Origin: Eledone cirrhosa
Taxonomy: Eukaryota
Assembly (NCBI GenBank): GCA_964016885.1
Contig: OZ024741.1
Span: 337,776,001-337,840,000, forward strand
Length of the DNA: 64,000 nucleotides
Reading direction: 5' to 3'
Positions within the stretch are counted from its first letter, which is position 1, and each line of letters begins with the position of its first letter. The notes beneath the pieces are model-generated. The model ran no database searches. It had not been told where the DNA came from and saw only the letters and a program-made list of their open reading frames with translations. The position numbers were made by a program, and so were the translations under genes. Shown here in pieces: positions 23,688 through 33,905 of this stretch.

Positions 23688-25113
23688 ATACAGATATACA
23701 GATATACATATCAAAGCCTTATATCATGATTGTTTGTATGAACCTTTGTTGTGTTATGTTCGAAAACCAGCTAAATAATTCTTTCTAACACAGGCACAAG
23801 GCCAGCAATGTTGATTATATCAATGATGGTACTTAACTAGTACTTTATTTTATTGATCCCAGAAGGATAAAATAAAGTTGACCTGGGCAGGATTTGAACT
23901 CAGAATGTAGAAAGTCTTAACCAAACAGTGCAAGTCTTTTCTCCGGTCCTTTACTGATACTGCCAATGCACTACCCTCTAAAATCTAATGTCTGTCACAA
24001 GCTTGAAGGCTCATCAGGTCAGTGCTGATCCTGGTTTCTGTGGTATGAAGTAACTGAGGGTACAAGACTTCCCCTGGAAAGGACACCAATCCACCATGTA
24101 GCTACACAAACCATCATGTAGCTAAACAAACCACAATGTAGCTACACAAACCTTCATGTAGCTAGACAAACCACCATGTAGCTACACAAACCATCATGTA
24201 GCTAGACAAACCTAAATATAATTAGACAAGCTAAAATATAATTAGACAAACCAAAATGTATTTAGACAAACCAAAATATAATTAGATTATCTAAAATATA
24301 ATTAGATTAACTATATATAATTAGACAAATCAAAATATAATTAGACAAACCAAAATATATTTAGACAAACCAAAATATATTTTGATTAACCAAAACATTA
24401 CTAGGAGATAATTCATCTTTTTATTATGCTAGTCAATGTTTTAAAACATTAATATATTGGTGTTAAATATTTTATCGTCCCTTCAAATTTTGATGTCAAC
24501 TGCCTTTTTAGATATTTGTATGGGGTCAAACTTATTGACCCCCTCACCACGGACCCTAGGGTCTAATCACTGATCTTAATCGGGTGAATGACAAACTTGA
24601 GACAGTAACAGTCTCATGTGCAAGAAGAAGAAGAAGAAGAAAGTTCTATCTGTCTGTAGGAAGAAGTATACCATTGCCAAACTGACAATGAAATGCTTAA
24701 AAAGCCTTATATTAAAATCACCTGTTATTTAACCCTTTAGCATTCACATTACTCAATATTTACTATTGTATTTTCATGGTAAAGGCTTTACCTCACATAA
24801 TATTGAATCTATGAGATGTTGATATTATTTATTTTGAGAACAATACCTTAACATCAGTATGAGTGGCTGGTTATAGTTGGTTTGAAGAGAGAGAGGTGAA
24901 AGAATTTTGGCCAGATATGGCCGGTTTAAATGCCAAATATACTTTCATTGCTCTCATTGATATACACCTAAATTGAGAAAGAAAGAAAGAAAAAAGAGAG
25001 TGAGAGAAAGACAAAAGAAAAATAAATCATTGATAAGACTTACAGTCAAAATTTTTTGCTCCAGCGAAACCTGTTGCCAAAATCAGGCAAATTGCAAAGA
25101 TCAACTTGTTCAT
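11429..25113 (-). CDS. Spliced gene, 8 coding exons, 378 aa: secreted Pif/BMSP-like (LamG3-type) protein; signal peptide + 3 chitin-binding type-2-like modules + laminin-G/ConA-like domain
   Basis: Exons 25044-25113, 23181-23375, 19235-19405, 18803-18934, 17412-17782, 13514-13610, 12413-12492, 11429-11449 all have GT-AG borders and compatible phases (1,1,1,1,0,1,0); they sum to 1137 nt with no internal stop. Family call is from recognised motifs, not a search. Confidence 0.9.
12413..12492 (-). CDS. Exon 7: LamG domain, GDFQHQDSALKFSNSLVFDSYKGSMKN
   Basis: Acceptor gtgtttctag, donor gtaagt; YKGSM matches the LamG [FY]xGxM end motif. Confidence 0.85.
12801..12907. repeat. (GAA)n(GCA)n microsatellite
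   Basis: Direct reading; intronic (intron 6). Confidence 0.95.
13514..13610 (-). CDS. Exon 6: LamG domain, NLGSWVKITFEKKGSAINLYKDSTVVDQVNVA
   Basis: Acceptor tgcattccag, donor gttagt; W-x-x-I...L-Y-x-D beta-strand pattern of LamG. Confidence 0.85.
14480..15335 (-). mobile_element. RTE family fragment (other 3' pieces: 7630-7925 -, 11545-11900 +, 26620-27130 -, 32625-32925 -)
   Basis: VEKFKY.G.VFTSDGR, LTYGHESWVMTER, KPTGRRPRGRPR..LGWSRLGI shared among copies. Confidence 0.8.
16318..16856 (+). mobile_element. Tx1/L1 3' fragment in intron 5
   Basis: EGQAAFICPVTMAKDVVW..INFFRFHLKRK; same 3'UTR and (ATT)n end. Confidence 0.82.
17412..17782 (-). CDS. Exon 5: laminin-G/ConA-like domain, N-terminal part
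   Basis: Within ORF 17400..17849; AAYFDGNSSHITIPSF...VFTNGNCD..PTISV as in Pif-like LamG domains; donor gtaagt at 17411-17406. Confidence 0.92.
17812..17965. repeat. Minisatellite, about 31-bp unit x5, next to the exon 5 acceptor
   Basis: gacatgtataagtcaggtgtttagacaa(g/a)aca repeated. Confidence 0.88.
18551..18601 (-). ncRNA. Type I hammerhead ribozyme, canonical core, intron 4, sense to the host gene
   Basis: tca-CTGATGA-tggat aaga atcca-GAAA-cgc cca gtg-TC-tga; GUC cleavage triplet at 18560-18558. Confidence 0.78.
18803..18934 (-). CDS. Exon 4: third, reduced Cys-rich chitin-binding-like module
   Basis: DCSKFKVDAKDPQKYTNDGVSNSCALGFMFNITVCTCVQVIPNS; acceptor tttttcaccctag, donor gtatgt; 132 nt, phase 1-1. 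Confidence 0.9.
19235..19405 (-). CDS. Exon 3: second chitin-binding type-2-like module
   Basis: TCVTGEKFKVNGVCNQYYKCTNKAFNKNIQTCPLYEAFDETSSSCVSDKNCPPKGVV (6 Cys); acceptor ttttattgcag, donor gtatgt; 171 nt, phase 1-1. Confidence 0.92.
20034..21304 (-). mobile_element. RTE-clade LINE, longer copy of the 461-1474 family, in intron 2
   Basis: Near-identical ORF end, 3'UTR and (GAT)n tail; extends to GLKVNLSKTKVL and a Cys-rich insert. Confidence 0.9.
21345..21966 (-). repeat. Direct repeat of about 104 bp (21345-21448, 21862-21966) around a GA-rich spacer; pseudo-LTR-like
   Basis: aaacatgagaagaatgaatactgcg...ggtatttcatcgct occurs twice, identical. Confidence 0.8.
22051..22217. repeat. Minisatellite, about 22-bp unit x7
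   Basis: tataatttcagcttctataata repeated. Confidence 0.9.
22222..22301 (+). ncRNA. Type I hammerhead ribozyme with extended stem I
   Basis: ggct-CTGATGA(22246)-acac caacca gcgt-GAAA-cag a ctg-TT-agct; distal cgaaag/ctttcg and aggga/tccct pairing. Confidence 0.7.
22644..22964 (+). mobile_element. Very short PLE family A insertion with inverted pseudo-LTR
   Basis: 22731-22791 is the reverse complement of 22904-22964; homologous to 53860-54115; in (TA)n. Confidence 0.82.
22859..22925 (+). ncRNA. Type I hammerhead ribozyme (PLE family A pseudo-LTR)
   Basis: ttttat-CTGATGA(22865)-long stem II-GAAA-tgcgca-TA-ataaaa; palindromic stem III ATGCGCAT. Confidence 0.85.
23181..23375 (-). CDS. Exon 2: chitin-binding type-2 (peritrophin-A) domain
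   Basis: SYCSKCLAESETSGFYPHPNRCDKYINCYISGNITEALEMPCGLGTLYDDRFKNCNHANLVECNA; acceptor ttctcttacctag, donor gtaagt; 195 nt, phase 1-1. Confidence 0.93.
24090..24400. repeat. Minisatellite, 20-21-bp unit with polar change
   Basis: ccatcatgtagctacacaaa units shift to ccaaaatataattagacaaa units. Confidence 0.88.
24733..24937. mobile_element. piggyBac-type MITE, inverted relative to the 25718 copy, inner end eroded
   Basis: TTAA-ccctttagcattcacattactc; internal ttattttgagaacaataccttaacatcagt is the reverse complement of 25799-25828. Confidence 0.78.
25044..25113 (-). CDS. Exon 1: signal peptide MNKLIFAICLILATGFAGAKNFD
   Basis: ATG at 25113-25111; basic N-region, hydrophobic core, A-G-A cleavage motif; donor gtaagt at 25043-25038. 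Confidence 0.88.
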
Positions 25114-25188
25114 TATTTCTCTTTTGCTGTGAAATGCTGAGTTAATATATTTTTCTGTGAGACACTGAATCTGGGAGACGAGCCGCAC

Positions 25189-25222
25189 ACTGATTCTCTG
25201 AAACCCTAAACGGGTTTATATA
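25189..25222 (-). promoter_or_regulatory. Core promoter: TATATAAA box plus TCAGT initiator
   Basis: TATATAAA at 25222-25215; TCAGT at 25193-25189 with its A (25191) 31 nt from the TATA start; 78 nt upstream of the ATG. Confidence 0.8.
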
Positions 25223-25717
25223 GAGAAAATTCTTTTGAATGCTGTATTCCTATAGTGTGCGTGTGTGTATATATATATATGTATGTGTGTGTGTGTGTAT
25301 TTAGCATTGTAATTGTGTGGGTTTTATATTTCTTAAATGCTACTCAGATGTTTTGTGCTAACACGTGCTATGATGTCTTTCAGAAGATAAATAAAATGGG
25401 TGTTGGCTATAAAATGAGAATAAAAAAATATAGAGGAAAAAAAAATTCACATCGTTTAATATTTTCCATTGAAAACGTAACAGGATTGAACACACGAACC
25501 ACTATCGTGAGAAACATTCGTTGATAACCATAATGAAACAAAAAAACTTTTACAAAGCAATTTCATAAATATAATTTGTATGTATATCTATGGGAGAACA
25601 TGTCGGGGTGTAATAATCTCATGGATGTTCTGGAAAGTGCTTTCAACAGAGTTTCAACAATAAACAGAAATATATTTTGGAAAAATCACATATCTATAGA
25701 GAGAGATTTTTTTTTAA

Positions 25718-25937
25718 CCCTTTAATGTTCAAACCGGCCAAAACCGGCCAGAATTCTCTACCTCTTTCTGTTGAAACTAGCTGTAACTGGTCACTCAAAC
25801 TGATGTTAAGGTATTGTTCTCAAAATAAATACTTTCAAAATCTCATAGATTCGATATTATGTGAGATAATTATGTAAGATAAAGTGTTTACTACAAAAAT
25901 ATAATAGTATATATAGAGTAATGTGAATGCTAAAGGG
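25718..25937. mobile_element. piggyBac-type MITE with TTAA flanks
   Basis: TTAA-ccctttaatgttca...tgaatgctaaaggg-TTAA; homologous inverted copy 24733-24937 and fragment 51311-51408. Confidence 0.8.
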
Positions 25938-27199
25938 TTAATATAGATTTTTTTGATTTTTTTTAAAACTCGTTTCCTATAAGAAAATATTTTTTAATTT
26001 AAGATACCCACGTAATGGTAGTGGGAAAGAAGAAGAAGAAGAAGAAGAAGAAGAAGAAGAAGAAGCTATGTTTAATTGGTTCAAAATTTCATATTTAATT
26101 GTATGTATTTAATTGTATGTATGTGTAGCAAAAAAGATTTTTGTTACACATACTTTTAACTCCAAAAGGAAATGATAATGACAGAAATGTAGGATTATAA
26201 CTAGTTTAGGGGATAGTTAGGGTACAGATGAGAAGTCTTTAGAAACATACTGTATGAAGTTGAGAGCATAGTATGAAAAAGAAAAGTTGGGAAAATAGGA
26301 AATAACCCCTAAAGAGAATTACTTTTTTTGTTAGACCCCTGATTTGTAAATTAGGCTACAAACCTCTATTTGGAAATTGCATGAGAGCAATGATAATCAA
26401 TAGCTTGTGACTTTGAAAAATATCTCAATTGATTTTGACTTTTCCCCACTCTCTCTCTCTCTCCTTATTCATGGGTATTTAAGACCAAAAATGTTTAAAA
26501 TTGCAGTTAACATCATTGAACCGCTTTAGTAAGCACAACAGATTGAAAAAGAGAACTAATAATAGAGTGGGGGATGGGGAAGACACTCACCTGGAAAAGT
26601 CAAAACCTTCACTTCTTTATTCTTAAGAGGGTCCTGGGAGCAGAGTCCTCAAACACCCCTTTTAGTAGGTCCTGTCAGAAGCAACCATTTCCAACTGATT
26701 CAGCTGGATCCCCAAGTGAGACCAAGCTCTTGCTCAAGTCTACCCCCTGGACTCCTGCTGGTTGGTTTTCCAGTGATTTTTTTTCTTGAGACATTCTAAA
26801 CACATATCCATAGTATCAGAGCTGTGATCTCTCAATTCAGAGAAATAGCGGTTCTATCTGGAGTGACTCTTTGATCTCTGAGCTATTTACTCTATTGATT
26901 AATGAAACTACAAAGAGCCTTTGGTGGAACCTCATTTTGACCACTTGTATTCATGATCATATTCTTTGCATCATTACCCAATATTCATGACCATAAGGGT
27001 TTACATGAATAGCAAATGGAAGATAGCAAGTTTGGTTTTTATACCTACCTCCCTTCGTCTGATTACCGAATGTTGAAGCTAGTGTAATTCTTGCATTTAA
27101 TTCAGCCCCCTGTCTTCCATCACTTGTGAAGAAGTCAAAACTGAGACATTTTTCAAAGTGACATGTTATCCTCCATTCTTTTAATTATTATTGCTCTCA

Positions 27200-27385
27200 T
27201 GGTGGATTGGCAGTATCGGTAGAGGGTCGGACGCCATGCTTTCCAGCATAGTTACGTCCCTTTACCATCTGAGTTCAAATCCCGCCGAGGTTGACTTTGC
27301 CTTTCATCCTTACGGGGTCGATAAAATAAAGTACCAGTAATGCACTGGTAATTGCTGGCCTTGTGCCTAAAGTAGAAACAATTAT
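27200..27385 (+). mobile_element. tRNA-derived SINE family 1, about 190 bp, Deu/Nin-like middle; representative copy
   Basis: A box tggcagtatcggta, B box gagttcaaatcc, core cctttcatccttacggggtcgataaaataaagtacc, (ATT)n tail, TSD attgctctcat. Other copies near 6932, 15850, 17120, 19700, 23780, 27990, 28230, 29022, 37447, 37551, 38130, 43803, 44030, 44250, 50135. Confidence 0.88.
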
Positions 27386-30163
27386 TGCTCTCATACCACT
27401 TTCCTAGAATTCATCATCATCATCATAGTCATCGTTTAACGTCCACTTTCCACACTAGCATGAGATAGACAGAGAATGATAAAAGCTGGATATAGTTTAG
27501 GAAAAGACCATAAGACCTATTTGTAATCATTCAATCATTCTAATTAACATAAAAGAAATGGTACTTCCATCATCAAATATCCACTTTTTTTAAATTTATT
27601 TTGTGATGCTCCAAACAAGCATCCTCCACCTCCAATTAACTTACCCTCTGCCCCATCTCCCAGCCAGCTGACAGGATGAAGAATACATTGCCCCGGAGGA
27701 TGGTGAGGGAGACGTGCTGGAACATCCACTGTACTTTGTGGGGCTCGCACCTTTATGGGGACCCCAAAGTTATATGGCTATACTGAGAGAGAACCAGATG
27801 ATTATTGTTTTGGTGAGTGTTTAGCAATGGAATCAAAATAAAGTTTGGTATTTCCAAATGTGGAATCCTCATGAAGAAAGGAAAATATCATAAACATGAC
27901 AAGATAAACTTACCAAATAAAGAAACGATCTGAGAGATTGATATAAATATCTAGGGGGGGGGGGGGGTTATCTGATGGTATAAAAGAGGAAATAATGGTT
28001 TCTGATATAGGCACACAGCCAACAATTTTGGAGGAGGGGGTAACATTGATTAAATCAAACCCAATGTGTCACTGGTACTTTATTTTATTGATCCCCAAAA
28101 AGATTAAAGGCAAAGCTAACTTCAGTGGGATTTAAACTCAGAAAGTAAAGAGACATAACAATATGTCACAAAGCATCGTGTCTGACACTACCAATTACTG
28201 CCAATCCACTGCTCTCATGAAGGATGAAATAATTGTTTCTACTATTGGCACAAGGCCAGCAATTACCCAGTACATTACTGGTACTTTATTTTATCGACTC
28301 CGTAAGGATGAAAGGCAAAGTTAACCTCGGCGGGATTTGAACTCAGAATGGCAAGGGCCGTAACTCTATGTGACAAAGCATGGAATGAAAGAGAGAACAT
28401 TTCCGAAGTGTAAAGCAGATATTAACATCCAAATTCAATGGTATAAACACCATCCGTATCTTAAACCCAACAACAGTATCTAACATTGGATATAGTGTTG
28501 GAGTAATCTAATGAACAAAGGGAAAGGTCTTGAGCCCTGAGGCTCATCAGGTCAGTGCTTATCTTTGTTTCAGTGGAGTTAAGTGACTGAGGTATACAAG
28601 ACACCCCTGGATAGGATGCCAGTCCATCATAGCGTTAAAGTTTCTCTCAAGCTCGAATGCTCATCAGGCTGGTGCTTATCCTGGTTTCCATGGAGTTAAG
28701 TGACTGAGAGTACATGACTCCCCACCAGGCAGGACACCAGTCCATCACAGATTTAAACCCACAGCTATTGCTGGTATTCATTTACCGCTGAGTATGCTGG
28801 AGCAACAGGAAATGAAATGTTTTGCTCAAGAACACAACACGCAACCCAATGCAGGAATTGAACCAACAACATTATGATCATAAGTGCATCACTCTTACCA
28901 CTAGACCATGTGCTGCAAAATCTGGCACTGACTGAGTAACAGACCTCCTACTACACATCTTCCAGGTCATGTTAAAGCTCTGTCTATCCCCGTAACTGGC
29001 AGGAGAGTCATAGGGTTGTCATAATTGTTTCTACTTTAGGCACAAGGCCAGTACATTACTGGTACTTTATTTTATCGACCCCGTAAGGATGAAAGGCAAA
29101 GTTAACCTCGGCGTGATTTGAACTCAGAATGGCAAGGGCCGTAACTCCATGCGTCAAAGCATGGTGCCCGACCCTCTACCGATACTGCCAATCCACCGAT
29201 TAGGTGTCATAATGATATAGAGCATGTCTTGGGCATTTTAAACCTGACGGAATCCATCCCCCTCTTCAGGGATGAATACAGCTAATTTCTTCCAGAAAAG
29301 GGGAAGGAGTGAGAAATTGAGAGGAAGTGAGAAAGAGATATAGAGGAAGAATCGACTCCAGTACTAGACTGGTACTTTTTTTTATGAAAGGCAAAGTTGA
29401 CTTCAGTGGGTTTTGAATTCGATGGGATGATCTAATGAGTCTGTTAATTTTCCACCGTTTAAAGTTCTGACAGAGAAACACAATTACATCACTTTCTTCC
29501 TTTGTCTCTTTTTTGTGATCCCTTTGGTATTTCCTGATGGGTCTCTCTCTCTCTCTCTCTTGTGTTTGTTGTAGTTGCCGCAAATGTCGCCAAGCTCTCA
29601 GTATTTGGTTTGTGTTGTTGTTGTTACCATCAACCACCAAGCTTTTATTATTTGTTGTTGTCGGCAACTTCCTAACCTTTCTATTATTGTTTATAATAAT
29701 ATTGTTCATGTTATTGTTCGTATTCAGGATTTTGTCATTCTAAAAAAATCCTCAAAAAAAAAAAAGCTTTTTTTTTTACATGCATTTTTTTATAGGGCGT
29801 TTTATTTGCCTTCTGCATGTTAGTAATGCTGTTGCCATCATTGTTTATGTCTTGTCGGCGAATAAATATGTGCAACACAACAAAGAGCTAAACAAAATAA
29901 TTACTGCACCTCACTCCCACCCCACCCCCAGGTAGGAGAGGAAGAAAAACATCAATGATAGCCTCCTGTCGTAAACAGAAAACACCCTCTTGAATCACAA
30001 ACTAATACAAATCTAGGAGCACTAAAAAAATATGTCCTTCCCTTCGTAATCCAGCAGTAGTAGTAGTAGTGGTGGTGGTGGTGGTGGTGGTGGTAATAGT
30101 AGTAGTGGTAGTAGCAGTAGTAGTGGGGATGGTGGTGGTGGTGGTGGTTATAATAGCTGTAGT

Positions 30164-30900
30164 AGCTTTATGCCCAGGCTTGCGCCCTGGGTATGCCATT
30201 CCAGCCGCACTCTCATGCGTGGAAACAACACCGAAGCTGGCAGTTTACGAGTTATAAGACCCAACTCCACTTGACAGAGGAAATGGGGCGCCGCGGGTCA
30301 GCTTTGACGGTGGGAGGGATCATTTTATCCCAATGGATGATTACTGTCTGGCTCGAACTGGGCGAACCCCGGTCAGTATGGTGTCGTCCCGCCAACGTCT
30401 GCCTGGAGCCCAGTGTATTGTCATGCACAACAAGCAGACGGAAACCTTGTACCAGACAAAAGTAAACGTACACAAAATAAATCAAAGAAGACTCCAACTT
30501 TTCGACTTGTAAGCTGGCATCTCCGATGAACTGTACGGACAGCTGGCCACTGGCATTAGGCGCGTGGGTTGCCCATCGCTCCGTTTCAGGGACACATGCA
30601 ACAGAGACATGAAATCCTGTCACATCCCTTCTTGCAGCTGGAAGATGCAGACTGGAGACCGTGATACCTGATGTCAGACTGTCCACAAGAGCATCGCGGA
30701 TGCATATTCGACGAGAGGTCAACTTGCGATTGCAAAGAGGTACCGAAAACAGCGCATTGTAGACATTACAACAACCCAGGATCCCACACATATTTGACCA
30801 AATGCAACAAAGACTGTCACTCACACATCGGTCTGCATAGTCACAGCAGGCGCATTAAGCTTGGTGTTCCGAGACTGAGTTGCCAATGTTGGAATGATGT
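30164..30900 (+). mobile_element. Internally deleted RTE: 5'UTR plus first codons fused to the 3' end
   Basis: NKSKKTPTFRLVSW (start of APE) joined near 30520 to LYGQLATGIRRVGCPSLRFRDTC...KCNKDCHSHIGLHSHSRR; imperfect TSD ataatagctgtagt / atgatagctgttgt. Confidence 0.75.
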
Positions 30901-31891
30901 AGTAGTAGTAGTAGTAATGATAGCTGTTGTGTTTTTAAAATGATATTGGGGTTGCATCATCTTAAGTCTATATGACGTATTTTCAACAAATCTGACTTCC
31001 AAATCTGTTGGAAACAATTAGTTCTTTAAAAAACGGAGAGAGAGATGGGGTATCCGCCGTGTTTTCATTGCAGTTAACGTTTTACCCGATGTTTTTTCAT
31101 GTTTTCAACAAATCTGACTTTTAAAACCATAGGAAATTATTCGTTTTTATTTTATTTATTTATTTATTTAATTATTATTACTTTTTTTGTTAACCGAACC
31201 TCACGATAAATGTCAGAAGGTTGGCGTGGTGGGAACTGGGTCTAGAGTTAGGGAAAACATTCCGGAAGAAAACCCCGAGTGTCTCTTTAAAAAAAAAAAA
31301 AAACTGCCGCGAGATTCATTGAAAACACACAAAAAAAACACTGGAAAAAGAACAATTCCCCACCGAAGGGCTGAGGGGTGTTTTGCTGTAAATGTCGCCT
31401 ACATTCTATAACCGACAAACAATTTGTTTAATATTTGTGGATGAGGCTCCAATCACCATCGTTTGCAGATGTCCATAATAAACTTTTGTCACAGTTGGAA
31501 CAACCACCCGTAATGACTATACAACAAGCCAGTGACGAGTCTAAAATCTGTCTCGAACCAGGAGGTTCATCAGGCCGGCGATTGTCTCCAGTTTCCGTGG
31601 CGTGAAGCGACAGAGTACAAGACTTCCCCTGTACAGGATGCCAGTGTCGCAGGGTTAAACCCTCAGCTATTACTGGTACTCATTTTCAGGTGAGTATACT
31701 AAAGCAATGTGAAATGATGCGTTTTACTCAAGAACACAACACACAACTTAATCCAGGAATCAAATCCAAGATATTAGGATCCACGTACCTCCACCAACGA
31801 AGATTGCCAAAAGTTAATAAACTTGAAGCATGACAAAAAAATGATTAAATCGTGTAACAAATTAACAAGTTTTGAATGAGTAAATCAAGTA

Positions 31892-32233
31892 TTCTCGGGT
31901 CTCGAATAATCATCCACGCCTTATTAATTTTGCAGATTTTTTCCAACACTCCCGCTTTTTAAATTTAGCTAATCTATCTCTGGTGAAATTTTATTTTAAG
32001 TGGTAATATTCCCACAATTAATTTTATTTATACATTAAAAACATTATGCATGACAAAAAAAGAACATTACAAGAAATCCAATACGCTATAAAATAAATAG
32101 AATGGATTATGGTCTCAATATGTAAACTAAACGACTAATTCTGGTTTCATGGAGATAACCTAGAAAGTCAATGGAGATAACCTAGAAAAATTATCAATTT
32201 TCCACCACTCCCCCTATTATTTGGGACCGAAAG
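31892..32233. mobile_element. Tc1/mariner-pogo-type MITE
   Basis: ta-ttctcgggtctcgaataat / attatttgggaccgaaag-ta imperfect TIRs. Confidence 0.5.
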
Positions 32234-33277
32234 TAAAAAAGAACTAAATCACTACCTAAATCACTACCAAAAGTTCTATAGGCAAAAATAGAAATTTCAG
32301 TCCACATCAACCATGTTGGTTTTCTGGTTTTGTTGTACAAAACATTATAGAATGTTTTGCCCCTATAAGCAACACAAATATTATCAATGCCACAAGTTTC
32401 GTAATTATGAAAGATTTTGTGTGCTTAATCTTTCCATTTGTGTTTGTGACACACTAAATCATTGATTACTAAGTATTTGTATGTCTGTATTTTCCTCGCA
32501 TGAGAGAGATTTTTTTTATTATTAATTTTCTTTCTTCTAGGTTGTCTTGGTGTATTTTTCTAATCCAAATCCCATATCAATTTCTCTGGTAAATTCAGGC
32601 ATTGTTTGTCTGCAGTAATGTCTTCTTATCCTTCTTCGCCCACTTATTCCTGGGAGAGTTGTGCGGGTAGAGTCCTCAAAAACCCCCTCCAGCGGGTCCT
32701 GTCAGAAGCAACCGTCTCCAACTGATCCGGCTGGATCCCCAAGCGAGACCAGCCAAGCTCATGAATGTTATCCAACGATCTTGCTCGAGGTCTACCTCTA
32801 GGTCTCCTACCAGTTGGTTTCGCCCGTAAAATCTGTCTAGCGATTCTTTCCGGAGACATTCTAACCACATGGCCATAGTATCGGAGCTATGATCTCTCGA
32901 TTCGGAGAAGTAGCGGCTCTATCTAATGTAATTTTAAAAACCTTTCTCTATATATATCATTATAAATTGAGAGCTCTTTTATCTAAATTTTAAAAATATT
33001 TCACTATATATTTTATCAGCAATTGAGAGCTCCTTTATGTAATTTTTAAAATCTCTCTCTATGTATCTGTTTTCCAAGTTTTTGTGAATGTGTGGTGGGG
33101 ATAATATTTGTGTGGATATAGAGTACTTACTGTGTTTTTATAACTACAATGGTTACTGTTTTGTAGCATAGGCGTTTAATGTCTCTTCATTGGGCAGGAT
33201 AGTTTTTGTTGGGGGGGGGGGGGGGGGGGGGGGTATAACGTTTATTATAAAATAACTGAAATAAAATTTAAACATAT

Positions 33278-33905
33278 TCAATATATTCGCCATCTGCTTT
33301 TCTTCCCTTCTAGCTCAACAAAGAAGTGCCTGTTATCAACAAACTCCATCAGACAGATGTTTCTTGTGGTCTCCAGGATCTTGCTAAGGAGACGTCTGTG
33401 GTTGACAATGTCATAGGCAGCTGAGAGATCGACAAACATCACACCGGTTACCATCCCTACCTCATAGCTGTCCTCGATGTACTGGATGAAGTTGAGTACT
33501 TGGCTAGTTGTCGACTTTCCAGGGCGAAAACATGCTTGTTCAGAGATAAAGTGTTCGTCCACAAAGTGGCCAATTCTGTTGAGGATCAGACGTTCAAAGG
33601 GTTTGTAGGTGTGACTCAAAAGTGAGATCGGTCTAAAGTTCTTAGGAGCGGATGGATCTTTCCCAGGTTTCAGCAGTGCTATAATGTGAGCTTTCTTCCA
33701 GGTGTTGGGGAGCTTGTATGTTGTTAAGCACTCATTGTAGAGCTAGCTGTAGAAGCTACATCTTTGCCTTGTGACCGAAGTGCTTGATCTGTTCGGTTGC
33801 GATGTTATCCAGTCCAATTGCCTTTTTGGGTTTGAGGGTAGATATTCTCGCTTCCACCTCTTCTATGATAAACGGTCTTGTAAAATCAGGGTCCGCATGC
33901 ACATG
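33278..33905 (-). mobile_element. LINE RT fragment, Ingi/Vingi-like
   Basis: KPGKDPSAPKNFRPISLL..YKPFERLIL..EQACFRPGKS..FVDLSAAYDIVNH; clade assignment from memory of motifs. Confidence 0.7.

Noticed and set aside
27200-27290. tRNA gene
   Set aside because: A and B boxes belong to SINE heads; no complete cloverleaf
28640-28680. CTGATGA...GAAA on minus in a SINE family 2 tail
   Set aside because: Stem II does not close next to GAAA, and the other copies lack GAAA
30252-30824. 190-aa minus-strand ORF
   Set aside because: Antisense shadow of the deleted RTE element
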